Below are positions 45,708-55,857 of a stretch of DNA of 64,000 nt, in pieces. The stretch is from contig CAWCPV010000007.1 of assembly GCA_963797555.1 (NCBI GenBank), forward strand, positions 480,001 to 544,000, written 5' to 3'. Each line of letters opens with the position of its first letter. Position 1 is the stretch's first letter. Source of the stretch: an uncultured Gammaproteobacteria bacterium. GTDB lineage: Bacteria > Pseudomonadota > Gammaproteobacteria > CAWCPV01. A program made the translations under genes and the position numbers. The notes below the pieces were generated by a model that was given only the letters and a program-made list of their open reading frames with translations, made no database searches and was not told the origin of the DNA.

Positions 45708-47480
45708 ATGGAGGTGAGGGACCGCCCCTCGGCGCCGCAGGGCGTCGCCCTGGAGCTGCACGAGGTGAGCAGGAGCTTCCAGGCGGGCGGGCGCCATGTG
45801 GAGGCGCTCCGCGGCGCCAGCCTGCGCGTCCGCCACGGGCGGGTGACCGGGCTGATCGGCCCGGACGGCGCCGGCAAGACCACGCTCATGCGCTTGGCGG
45901 CGGGCTTGCTTCTGCCAGATGCCGGCGACATCACCGTGCTCGGGCTGGACGTGCAGCGCGAGCCGCTGGCGGTCCAGGCCACGGTAGGCTACATGCCACA
46001 GCGCTTCGGTCTCTACGAAGACCTCACGGTGCAGGAGAATCTGGACCTGTACGCCGACCTGCAGGGCGTCCCGCTCACCGAGCGAGCGGAGCGTTACCGG
46101 AGTCTGACCCGCATGACCGGCCTCGATCCGTTCACCCGGCGGCTCGCCGGGCGCCTGTCGGGCGGCATGAAGCAGAAGCTGGGCCTGGCCTGCACGCTGG
46201 TGCGGGCGCCGCGTCTTCTGCTCCTGGACGAGCCCACGGTGGGGGTGGACCCGGTGTCGCGGCGCGAGCTGTGGACCATCGTTTACGGCCTGGTGGAGCA
46301 GCAGGGGATGACCGTGCTGCTGAGCACCGCTTACCTGGACGAGGCCGAGCGCTGCGCCGAGGTGGTCCTGCTGCACGAGGGTCAGGTGCTGGGCAGCGGG
46401 CCGCCCGAGAGTTTCAGCGCCGGCCTGCGAGGCCGCACCTATGCGGTGCGTGCCCCCGCCGACCGCAAGCGTGCCGTGCAAGAGGCCCTCGCCGGCAGCC
46501 CGGGCGTGGTGGATGCGGTGATTCAGGGTGGGCACGTCCGCGTGGTCATGGAGGGGGAATCGCCACCGGCCCTGGAGCGAATCTCGGACGTCGCCGGCGG
46601 TCTCTCATCGGAGCCCGTACCTCCGCGCTTCGAGGACGGGTTCGTCGCCACCCTGCGGGGCCGCGGCGGCTCGCCGCACCGCGGCCGTTCCGTGACCCCC
46701 GCGCCCGGCAGCCGAGACCGGCCGGGGGACGAGCCGATCATCCAGGTGGACCGCCTGCAAAGGCGCTTCGGGGACTTCTACGCGGTGAAGGACATCAGCT
46801 TCCACGTGGACCGCGGCGAAGTATTCGGTCTGCTGGGCGCCAACGGGGCGGGGAAGTCCACCACCTTCCGCATGCTCTGCGGACTGCTCCCGCCCAGCGG
46901 CGGCGCGCTGCGCGTTGCCGGGGTGGATCTGCGTCACGCCGCCGCGGCGGCGCGCGCCCGCATCGGCTACATGTCCCAGAAGTTCTCCCTGTACGGCAAC
47001 CTCAGCGTGTACGAGAACCTGCGTTTCTTCAGCAGCACGTACGGGCTGGGGGGGCGGCACCGCGTGGAGCGCACGGACTGGGCACTGGAGCAGTTCTCCC
47101 TGAGCCCGGTGCGCGACGCCCCCAGCGCGGACCTCTCGCTCGGCTACAAACAGCGCCTGGCGCTGGCCTGCTCGCTGATGCACGAGCCGGAGATCCTGTT
47201 TCTGGACGAGCCGACCTCGGGCGTGGACCCGCTGGCCCGACGGGAGTTCTGGGCGCGCATCAACACCCTCGCCGAGGACGGGGTGACTGTGCTGGTGACC
47301 ACGCACTTCATGGAAGAGGCCGAGTACTGCGACCGTCTCGCCATCATGGCGGCCGGCGAGATCCTGGCCCTGGGCACTCCGGAGGCGATCAAGGAACGCG
47401 CGCGGTCGGAGGAGCAGCCTGCGCCCACCATGGAAGACGCCTTCATCGGGCTCATCGAGGCCCACGGCACGGTGCAATGA
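45708..47480 (+). CDS. double-domain ABC ATPase (YbhF-like)
   Basis: GPDGAGKT and GANGAGKS; LSGGMKQK; DEPT twice. Confidence 0.92.
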   Translation: MEVRDRPSAPQGVALELHEVSRSFQAGGRHVEALRGASLRVRHGRVTGLIGPDGAGKTTLMRLAAGLLLPDAGDITVLGLDVQREPLAVQATVGYMPQRFGLYEDLTVQENLDLYADLQGVPLTERAERYRSLTRMTGLDPFTRRLAGRLSGGMKQKLGLACTLVRAPRLLLLDEPTVGVDPVSRRELWTIVYGLVEQQGMTVLLSTAYLDEAERCAEVVLLHEGQVLGSGPPESFSAGLRGRTYAVRAPADRKRAVQEALAGSPGVVDAVIQGGHVRVVMEGESPPALERISDVAGGLSSEPVPPRFEDGFVATLRGRGGSPHRGRSVTPAPGSRDRPGDEPIIQVDRLQRRFGDFYAVKDISFHVDRGEVFGLLGANGAGKSTTFRMLCGLLPPSGGALRVAGVDLRHAAAAARARIGYMSQKFSLYGNLSVYENLRFFSSTYGLGGRHRVERTDWALEQFSLSPVRDAPSADLSLGYKQRLALACSLMHEPEILFLDEPTSGVDPLARREFWARINTLAEDGVTVLVTTHFMEEAEYCDRLAIMAAGEILALGTPEAIKERARSEEQPAPTMEDAFIGLIEAHGTVQ

Positions 47481-48649
47481 GGCGGGGCGCGCCGCAGGCG
47501 AGCCCGGCAGCCGCCGCGGCGGCGCCACGCGGCGCTGCCCTCATGCGCCTGCGCGGCCTGGTGCGCAAGGAGTTCCTGCAGATCCTGCGCGACCCCAGCA
47601 GCATCGCCATCGCGTTCCTGATGCCCGTGGTCCTGCTGCTGATCTTCGGCTATGGCGTTTCCCTGGACGCGAAGCACGTCCCGATCGCCGTGGTAGTGGA
47701 TCAGCCCACGGCCGATACGGCGAGCTTCACCGGCGCACTGGGAGGCACCGACTACTTCGCCGCGCGGCCGATGGCGAACATGCGGGAGGCCCAAAGGGCG
47801 CTGCTGGCACGGCGCGTGGACGCCATCGTGCGCTTGCAGGAGGATTTCGGGAGCCGCCTCAGGCGGCCCGCCGGAGCCCCCATCCAGCTCATCGTGAACG
47901 GGGTGGACGCCAACAACGCGCGCCTCGTCCAGGGCTACGTCGAGGGGGCGTGGAGCGCCTGGCTCCAACATCAGGCCGTAGCGCGGGGCGAGACGCTGCA
48001 GACCCCGGTGCAGGTGCAGCAGCGCGTGTGGTTCAACAGCGAGGTGCGCAGCCGCAACTTTCTCGTGCCGGGACTCATCGCCGTGATCATGACGCTCATC
48101 GGCGCGCTGCTCACGGCGATGGTGATGGCCCGGGAGTGGGAGCGGGGGACCATGGAGGCTCTACTGGTGACGCCTGTGGCCATGCGCGAGGTCCTGGTGG
48201 GCAAGCTCATCCCGTATTTCATTCTGGGCATGGGGGGTATGGCGCTGTCCGTGGCCATGGCGGTGTGGCTGTTCGACGTGCCCCTGCGCGGCTCCCCACT
48301 GGTGCTGTTCGCCGCGGCCTCGCTGTTCCTGCTGGTGGCTCTGGGGATGGGACTTCTCATCTCCATCGTGGCCAGGAACCAGTTCGTCGCGGGGCAGGTG
48401 GCGATCATCGTCACCTTCCTGCCGGCCTTCCTGCTCTCCGGGTTCATCTTCGACGTCGACAGCATGCCCGCGGTGGTGCAGGCGATCACCCATGTCATCG
48501 CGGCGCGCTACTTCGTCGCCATCCTGCAGACGGTGTTCTTGGCCGGAGACGTGTGGTCGGTCATCGTGCCGAACGCCCTCGCCCTCATGGTGATGGCGGC
48601 CATCTTCCTGGGTCTCAGCCGGCGCAAGGCTCGCAAGCGTCTGGATTAG
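47477..48649 (+). CDS. ABC-2 permease (YbhS-like)
   Basis: KEFLQILRDPSS, REWERGTMEALLVTP. Confidence 0.9.
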   Translation: MRRGAPQASPAAAAAAPRGAALMRLRGLVRKEFLQILRDPSSIAIAFLMPVVLLLIFGYGVSLDAKHVPIAVVVDQPTADTASFTGALGGTDYFAARPMANMREAQRALLARRVDAIVRLQEDFGSRLRRPAGAPIQLIVNGVDANNARLVQGYVEGAWSAWLQHQAVARGETLQTPVQVQQRVWFNSEVRSRNFLVPGLIAVIMTLIGALLTAMVMAREWERGTMEALLVTPVAMREVLVGKLIPYFILGMGGMALSVAMAVWLFDVPLRGSPLVLFAAASLFLLVALGMGLLISIVARNQFVAGQVAIIVTFLPAFLLSGFIFDVDSMPAVVQAITHVIAARYFVAILQTVFLAGDVWSVIVPNALALMVMAAIFLGLSRRKARKRLD

Positions 48650-48657
48650 GAGGGGCC

Positions 48658-49776
48658 GTGGGGAGCACTTGGCGGCGCATCGTGGCCTTGACGAAGAAGG
48701 AATTCCTGGCCGTCCTCAAGGACAAGAAGAGCCGCTTCGTGCTCGTCGGTCCGCCCATCATCCAGGTACTGGTGTTCGGCTACGCCGCCACGTTCGACCT
48801 CAGCCACGTCCCGTTCGCCGTGTACAACGAGGACCCCGGGGCGGCGTCGCGGGACCTCCTCGCCCGCTTTCGCGGCTCCCCCAGCTTCCGCGAGCTGGCT
48901 CCCGTCACCCGCGAGGGCGAGATCGCCCCGCTCGTCGACCGCAAGGAGGCATTGCTCGTGCTGCACTTCGGGCCGCATTTCAGCCGCGACCTGCTCCTGG
49001 GCCGGCCCGCCGACGTGCAAGCGATCGTCGACGGCCGCAACTCCAACACCGCTCTGCTGGTGCTGAATTACACCCGCGCTATCGTGCTCGCCTTCAACGA
49101 GCAGTGGGCCGCGCGCACTGGACAACGAGGCCCCCCGGCCCAACTGGAGACGCGGGCCTGGTTCAATCCCAACCTGGAGAGCCGCTGGTTCTTCGTTCCG
49201 GGCATCGTGGGGCTGCTCACGTTAGTCGTCACCTTGCTGGTGACGGCTCTGTCCGTGGCGCGGGAGCGCGAGCAGGGGACCTTCGATCAGCTCCTGGTGA
49301 CTCCGCTGCGTCCGGTCGAGATCCTCGTCGGCAAGGCTTTGCCCGGATTCCTCATCGGGCTCGGCGAAGCCACGGTCATCATCCTGATCGCGGTGTTCTG
49401 GTTCCGCATCCCGCTGCTCGGGGGTCTGCTCACCCTCTACACCGGCGTGCTCCTGTTCCTGCTGTCGGGTATCGGCGTCGGGCTCATGATCTCGTCGCTG
49501 GCGGTGACCCAGCAGCAGGGGCTCTTAGGGGCCTTTCTGTTCCTGGTGCCCAGCGTTATCCTGTCAGGCTTCGCCACCCCCATCGCCAACATGCCGCCGG
49601 CGGTGCAGGACATCACCCTGCTCAACCCGATGCGCTACTTCATGGTGGTGCTGCGAGGAGTGTTTCTGGAGGGGACGCCCTTCGATCTGCTGGTCAGCCA
49701 GTTCTGGCCGATGGCGCTCATCGGCGTGCTGACCCTGTCGGTGGCGGCCTGGCTGTTCCGCCACAGGATGTACTGA
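48658..49776 (+). CDS. ABC-2 permease (YbhR-like)
   Basis: KEFLAVLKD, REREQGTFDQLLVTP, LSGFATPIANMP. Confidence 0.9.
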   Translation: MGSTWRRIVALTKKEFLAVLKDKKSRFVLVGPPIIQVLVFGYAATFDLSHVPFAVYNEDPGAASRDLLARFRGSPSFRELAPVTREGEIAPLVDRKEALLVLHFGPHFSRDLLLGRPADVQAIVDGRNSNTALLVLNYTRAIVLAFNEQWAARTGQRGPPAQLETRAWFNPNLESRWFFVPGIVGLLTLVVTLLVTALSVAREREQGTFDQLLVTPLRPVEILVGKALPGFLIGLGEATVIILIAVFWFRIPLLGGLLTLYTGVLLFLLSGIGVGLMISSLAVTQQQGLLGAFLFLVPSVILSGFATPIANMPPAVQDITLLNPMRYFMVVLRGVFLEGTPFDLLVSQFWPMALIGVLTLSVAAWLFRHRMY

Positions 49777-49782
49777 GCCACC

Positions 49783-51900
49783 TTGCTGAGGCTCCGCGCA
49801 CAACGGTTTCAGACGACGCCCGGCTGCCCGCTGCCGCTGGGGGCATGGCCGCGGGGGGAGGGCTTCAACTTCGCCCTGTTCAGCCGCAGCGCCACACGGG
49901 TGGAGCTCCTCCTGTATCGTTCGCCCGCCGACGCGGAGCCGTACCAGACGGTCGATCTCCGCCCCGACCGTCACCGCACCGGGGATATCTGGCACGTATG
50001 GGTGTCCCACGTCGGTCTCGGACAATGCTACGCCTTCCGAGTGGACGGCCCTTACCGCCCCGAGCTCGGGCTGCGCTTCGACCCCCGCCGTCTCTTGCTG
50101 GACCCCTACGCCATCGGCGTCAGCGGCGCCTCCACCTGGGACTTCCATGCCGCCCGCGACGATCGTGCGGGTCCTTCGCCAGAGCGGTCTCCTTCCGTTG
50201 GCGATGCTGCAGCCTCTGCCGGGAAGGCGGTGCTGGTCGGCAACGATTTCGACTGGGGAGAGGACCGCTTCCCGAAACGCCCCTGGTCGCAGACCGTGAT
50301 TTACGAGACGCACGTGCGGGGTCTGACGGTCCATCCGTCTTCCCGCGTGGGGCACCCCGGCACCTACCGCGCAGTGGCGGAGAAGATCCCCTACCTCCGC
50401 GACCTCGGGATCACCGCCGTGGAGCTGATGCCGGTGCAGGAGTTCAATGAGAACGAGCTGGCGCTGTCCAATCCGGACACCGGTGAGCCCCTGCGCAACT
50501 ACTGGGGTTACAGCCCGATCGCGTTCTTTGCGCCCAAGCAAAGCTACGCCTACAGGCAGGGAGCGCACGATGTGCTGCGCGAGTTCAAGGAGATGGTGCG
50601 GGCGCTGCACCGGGCGGGCATCGAGGTCATCCTGGACGTGGTGTTCAACCACACGGCCGAGGGGAATGAGCGGGGTCCCACCTTGAGCTTCCGCGGGTTC
50701 GGCAACTCCATCTATTACCTGCTGGGCGCGGACCGAAGCACCTACCTGAACTACACCGGGACCGGCAACACTCTGAACTGCAACCATCCGGTGGTGCGGG
50801 ACCTGATCCTCGACTGTCTGCGTTACTGGGTGGTCCAGATGCACGTCGACGGCTTTCGCTTCGACCTGGCATCCGTGCTGGGCCGCGACGAATCGGGCAA
50901 CATCGCGCACAATCCCCCGCTGCTCGCGCACATCGCTGAGGACCCCATCCTGCGCGATACCAAGCTCATCGCCGAGGCATGGGATGCCGGCGGAGCGTAC
51001 CAGGTGGGCAGCTTCCCGGGGGGCCGCTGGTCGGAGTGGAATGGCCGTTTCCGCGATGACGTGCGCCGCTTCTGGCACGGCGATCCGGGGATGATCGGCG
51101 AGCTTGCCAGCCGCATTGGCGGCAGTGCGGACCTTTACCAGCGCAGCGAGAAGGTGCCCATCAACAGCATCAATTTCGTGACCTGCCACGACGGGTTCAC
51201 GCTCAACGACCTGGTCAGCTACGAGCACAAGCACAACCGGGCGAACGGCGAAGGCAACCGGGACGGCAGCGACGAGAATTTCAGTTGGAACTGCGGGGTG
51301 GAGGGACCGACGGACGATCCGACGGTCGAACGGCTGCGCCTGCGCCACATCAAGAACCTGCTGGCGACGCTGCTGCTCTCGCGCGGCGTGCCGATGCTCC
51401 TCGGCGGCGACGAGTTCCGCCGCACCCAGCACGGCAACAACAACGCCTACTGCCAGGACAATGAGACCTCCTGGTACGACTGGCGTCTGGTCGACCGTCA
51501 CCGCGAGCTGCTGAGCTTCACGCGCAGCATGATCGCTTTCCGGGCGCGACACCCCACCCTGTCGAGGGAGGCCTTCTATACCGAGCAGGACGTGCGCTGG
51601 TTCGACGCGGCCGGCGGCGTCCCGGGCTGGGGCGGCACCGACCGCACGCTGGGATGCGTTCTCCATGCGGCCAATGGCCAGGACATGGATCTCTGCCTCT
51701 TGTTCAACGCTCGAGAAGTCGCCGTGGAGTTCCGGCTTCCCCCCACGCACGCCCGGACGCACTGGCGGGTCGCCGTGGATACCGCCGCCCCGTCACCCGA
51801 CGACATCTGCACGTCGGGCCGCGGCAAGCCCGTACCGGACCCCGAACGCCACTGCGTCGCCGCCCACTCTCTGGTCGTCCTGCTCGCAGACAGGCGCTGA
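49783..51900 (+). CDS. glgX: glycogen debranching enzyme (isoamylase)
   Basis: NYWGY, DVVFNHTAEG, DGFRFDLAS, IAEAWD, NFVTCHDGFTL, GNNNAYCQDN. Confidence 0.95.
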   Translation: MLRLRAQRFQTTPGCPLPLGAWPRGEGFNFALFSRSATRVELLLYRSPADAEPYQTVDLRPDRHRTGDIWHVWVSHVGLGQCYAFRVDGPYRPELGLRFDPRRLLLDPYAIGVSGASTWDFHAARDDRAGPSPERSPSVGDAAASAGKAVLVGNDFDWGEDRFPKRPWSQTVIYETHVRGLTVHPSSRVGHPGTYRAVAEKIPYLRDLGITAVELMPVQEFNENELALSNPDTGEPLRNYWGYSPIAFFAPKQSYAYRQGAHDVLREFKEMVRALHRAGIEVILDVVFNHTAEGNERGPTLSFRGFGNSIYYLLGADRSTYLNYTGTGNTLNCNHPVVRDLILDCLRYWVVQMHVDGFRFDLASVLGRDESGNIAHNPPLLAHIAEDPILRDTKLIAEAWDAGGAYQVGSFPGGRWSEWNGRFRDDVRRFWHGDPGMIGELASRIGGSADLYQRSEKVPINSINFVTCHDGFTLNDLVSYEHKHNRANGEGNRDGSDENFSWNCGVEGPTDDPTVERLRLRHIKNLLATLLLSRGVPMLLGGDEFRRTQHGNNNAYCQDNETSWYDWRLVDRHRELLSFTRSMIAFRARHPTLSREAFYTEQDVRWFDAAGGVPGWGGTDRTLGCVLHAANGQDMDLCLLFNAREVAVEFRLPPTHARTHWRVAVDTAAPSPDDICTSGRGKPVPDPERHCVAAHSLVVLLADRR

Positions 51901-52123
51901 CGGGCGGCGTCCGCCGCGCGGACGTGCGGACCCCACCGATTGCCGAAAGCCTCGACCTTGCAGAGGGCGCCGCTCGGTCCCCCGGCCAGATCGAGCGGCT
52001 GCCGCCGTCAACAGGGAGCGGCGCAGAGAGAGTGCGCAGCCGAGACGCACCCCACGGATTTTTTCACACGCTCCCGGCGCCGCCTGCGGCTCGCCGGATG
52101 ACTTCCGACGCGCCACGCGAGCC

Positions 52124-52393
52124 TCAGCGGACGTCGTTTTCGCCCGTGCGCTGCGCGAAGAGATTGTAAAGCCACGCAAAGACGAATCCGCCGACCGTTC
52201 CGTCAACGAAGGCCCAGGCCAGACCGATGACGCTGCCCAAGGGGCTTATGCTGTAGCCGCGGTAGATGCGCCCGATGAAGGTGATCTCTCCTGTGACGCC
52301 GTCGAAGGCGATGATCCACCAGGTCAGGAAGAACAGGCCCAAACCCCAGATAATCCCGCAGGCGAGCGCGAACGCTTTTGCATTGAGTTTCAT
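52124..52393 (-). CDS. small membrane protein (putative holin-like family)
   Basis: MKLNAKAFALACG...YRGYSISPLGSVIGL.WAFVDG...AWLYN; GGAGG ribosome-binding site. Confidence 0.65.
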   Translation of the reverse strand: MKLNAKAFALACGIIWGLGLFFLTWWIIAFDGVTGEITFIGRIYRGYSISPLGSVIGLAWAFVDGTVGGFVFAWLYNLFAQRTGENDVR

Positions 52394-52608
52394 CTCGACA
52401 CCTCCATGAAGCGGGTTATAGGACGAACGCCATCTTATCCGTCCAGCGCCTCCGCGGTGAGCTTTAAGTAGACCGACCGCAGGTCCGGAGGCGGACGTTT
52501 CGATTCGCCCGGGCCGAGGCAATAGCCTTGGCCCCGGCGCGCGGTGCCGTGTATCCTTGGCCCATCCTCAGGGGAAAACCGCGCGAAGACGCGGCTCGAA
52601 CAGGGAGC

Positions 52609-55285
52609 ATGGACGACTCGGCACCCCGCTATGATTTGTTCCTGAGCTACCACTGGCGCGACCGCCAAGCGGTCGAGTCGGTCGCGAAGGCGCTCACGGC
52701 GCGGGGGCTCAAGGTCTTCCTGGATCGCTGGTACCTCCCCGCCGGCCAGCCCTGGCCGCTCGCGCTCGAACAAGCGCTCGGCACCTGCCGCGCGGCGGCG
52801 GTGTTCCTCGGGCCGAACGGCGTGGGGAGCTGGCAGCAGCGGGAGAAGTGGCTCGCGCTCGACCGCCAGGCGCGGGAGCCGGGCTTTCCCGTGATCCCGG
52901 TGCTGCTGCCGCGCGCGGAGCAGCCAGCCCTGGAGTTCCTCTCCCTCAACACCTGGGTGGACCTGCGTGCCGCGCTGGACGATGCCGAGGCCCTGGACGT
53001 GCTCGTGCACGCCGCGCGCGGCGAGGCGCCGGGACCTACCCTGTCGGTGCGCCTGAGCGCCACGCTCGCGAGCATCGCCCCCTACCGCGGCCTCGGCGTG
53101 TTCCGCGAGGAGGACGCCCCCTTCTTTTTCGGCCGCGACGAGTTCATCGATCAACAGCTCCGGCCTACCGTCGAGGGGTGCTCGCTGGTCGCGGTGGTGG
53201 GGGCCTCGGGCAGCGGCAAGTCCTCGGTGGTCCGAGCGGGATTGCTGCCGCGGCTGCGCCGCGGCGAGGGCGGCAAGGTGTGGGAGATCGCGACCCTGCT
53301 CCCCGGCGACCGGCCGCTGCACGCGCTGGCCGCCGCCCTGCTGCCCTTGTTGGAGCCGGAGCGGGCCGAGCTGACCGAGACCGACCGGCTCGCCGAAGTG
53401 GGCAAGCTCGCCGGGCACCTCGCCGCGGGCACGGTGGCGCTGCGCGACGTGGTGGGTCGGGTGCTGGAGAAGCAGCTCGGGACCGAGCGCCTGCTGCTGG
53501 TCGCCGATCAGTGGGAGGAGCTTTACACGCTCACTCGGGAAAGCTCGGCTGCGCAGCGCTTCATCGAGGAGGTGCTGGACGCCACCGCCACCGCGCCGCT
53601 CACCGTGGTGCTGACCTTGCGCGGCGATTTCTTCGGCGAGGTGCTGGCGCACCGCGGGCTCGCCGATCGGCTGCAGGGCGGGGTCGTCAACCTGGGACCC
53701 ATGAATCGGGAGGAGATCGCGCAAGTGGTGGTGCGGCCGGCCGAGAAGGTCGGGCTCGCCTTCGAGCCGGGGCTGCCCGAGCGCATCCTGGACGAAGTCG
53801 GCGAGGAGCCGGGCCACCTGCCGCTGCTGGAGTTCGTGCTGACGGGGCTATGGCAGGACCGCCAAGCCGGCCGGCTGCTGCACGAGGCATACGATGCCAT
53901 GGGCGGCGTGCAGGGGGCGATGGCGCAGCGCGCGGAGGAGGTCTGGAAAAAGCTAGGTGAGCGTGAGGAGACCACGCTGCACCATCTCTTCCTGCAACTG
54001 GTCAGCGCCGGTGCGGGGACCGCGGACACGCGCCGACGTGCGGTACTCGCCGACCTTGCGCCCGCCGTGCGACCGGTGGTGGCGAAGCTCGCCCGCGAGC
54101 GGCTGCTGGTGATCGGGCGCGACGAGGCGAGCGGCGAGGAGACGGTGGAGGTCGCCCACGAGGCGTTGATCCGTCACTGGGATCGGTTGGGGAAATGGCT
54201 CGACGAGGACCGCGAGTTTCTGCTCTGGCGCCAGCGCCTGGAGGTAGCGCTCGCCCAGTGGAAACGTGCCGGCCGCAAGGACTCCGGCACCCTGCTGCGC
54301 GGGGCCCCGCTGGCCGAGGCCGAACGCTGGCTGGGGGAGCGTGGGGACGACCTGACCGAGGAGCAGCGCGCCTACGTGCGCGCGAGCCTCGCGGCGAGGG
54401 ACCGCCGCCGCTGGCTCACGGGAAGCGCGGCGGCGCTGGTCTTGCTCGCCTCTCTAGCGGTCGCCACCTGGCAGTATGGCGTGGCTGAGCGGCTGCGGCG
54501 TGAGCGGGCGCCGATCCCGCCCGCGATGGTCCTGATCGAGCCCCGCCCCTTCATGATGGGCTCCCCCGAGGGTGACAAGGAGGCACATCCCGATGAGTGG
54601 CCCGCCCACGACGTGGTGATCGCCAAGCCGTTCAAGATCGGCAAGTACGAGGTAACCTTCGAGGAATACGACCGCTTCGCGCTCGCCACCGGCCGTCGCC
54701 CGCCCAGCGACCAGGGCTGGGGCAGCGGCCAGCGCCCGGTGATCAATGTCTCCTGGGACGACGCCGTCGCCTATGCCCAGTGGCTGTCGAAAAAAAACCG
54801 GCCAGCGCTTTCGGCTGCCCACCGAGGCGGAGTGGGAGTATGCCGAGCGGGCGGGCAGCGTCACCGCACGCTTCTGGGGCGACGATCCGAAGCAGGCGTG
54901 CCGCTACGCGAACGTCTATGACAAGACGGGCGAGGCCGGAGGCAAGGAGAAATACGCGATCACCTGGGAGGCGCACGACTGCGAGGATGGCTTCGTCGAG
55001 ACCGCGCCGGTAGGTCGCTTTCAGCCCAACGCCTTAGTACTGTACGACATGCTGGGGAACGTCTGGGAGTGGGTGCAGGACTGCTGGCACGAGAGCTACC
55101 GTGACGATCCGCCGCGGGACGGCTCGGCCTGGCTGGAGGCTGATGGCGGCGATTGCGGTCGGCGCGTGGTCCGCGGCGGCTCCTGGAACTACGGACCGAG
55201 GGACGTGCGCTCGGCGGTGCGTGACAGGATACCGGCCGACTACCGGACCAACTACCTCGGTTTCCGCCTCGCCCAGGACTTGTAG
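52609..55285 (+). CDS. TIR + STAND NTPase (nSTAND1-like) + TM + FGE-sulfatase/C-lectin-fold protein; DGR target; frameshift in A8 tract at 54790
   Basis: DLFLSY..WQQRE (TIR); PYRGL..F, FFGRD, GASGSGKSS, DQWEEL, LPLLEF, AHEALI; TM helix; FMMGS, EVTFEEY, RLPTEAEWEY, DMLGNVWEW, RGGSW, GFRL. Confidence 0.88.
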
Positions 55286-55342
55286 CCCTTTGCTCTTTAT
55301 CCTTTTACCCTTTCGGGGGTCCAGGGGGCGGAGCCCCCTGGA
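55163..55342 (+). other. DGR variable region, pyrimidine tract and stem-loop
   Basis: RGGSWNYGPRDVRSAVRDRIPADYRTNYLGFR with NNC codons at usual Asn positions; C/T tract at 55286-55314; hairpin TCCAGGGGGC-GGA-GCCCCCTGGA (55320-55342). Confidence 0.78.
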
Positions 55343-55357
55343 GCGTCGGCTGAGCCG

Positions 55358-55632
55358 GTGAAGGACCTCACCCCCCACGCCGTGCAGTCCTGCCACGAGC
55401 TGCTGCTGTGGCTGCTGCCGCTGTTGGACAAGCTGCCTCGGGTACGGCGCTTCACGCTCGGGGAGCGCATCGAGAGCGCGCATCCTGGATGTGCTGGAGG
55501 CGCTCGTGGAGGCCGGCTACAGCGCCGGCGGGGCAAAGCGGACGGCGCTCAAACGGGCGAACCTGAGGCTGGAAGTGACGCGCCACCTCTGGCGCCTGTG
55601 CCACGAATCCCAGCTCGTATCCGCGCGGCGCT
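55358..55632 (+). pseudogene. avd: DGR accessory variability determinant (Avd), frameshifted and truncated
   Basis: HELLLWLLPLLDKLPR.RRFTLGERIE + LDVLEALVEAGYS...LKRANLRLEV.RHLWRL; final helix missing. Confidence 0.82.
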
Positions 55633-55857
55633 CTTCCCCCACCGACGGCGCGGCGTCATCGAATCTCAACTCCCCCCGGACCACGACGGTGGGCGAAGGC
55701 GCGCTCGGGCACCTATATACTACGTAGCAAGGACGCCCTCCGGGCCGGTTCGCGGCCGAAACTACCGGCTCGAAAACGTAGCGCAGCCTGGGCAGCGCCC
55801 GCGCGAGGCCCCAACGCAGCGAGGCCACCCAGACAGGTCTGCAACAAGGAGAAACGC

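Noticed and set aside
52124-52393. Prophage indicated by a holin-like gene
   Set aside because: No other phage genes are nearby, and the holin label for this family is weak.
54520-55285. Formylglycine-generating enzyme for the sulfatases
   Set aside because: It lacks the FGE catalytic Cys motif after RGGS, is fused to TIR-STAND, and sits beside avd, so it is a lectin-fold DGR target.
55632-55857. DGR template repeat
   Set aside because: No similarity to the variable region and no AAC-rich tract.
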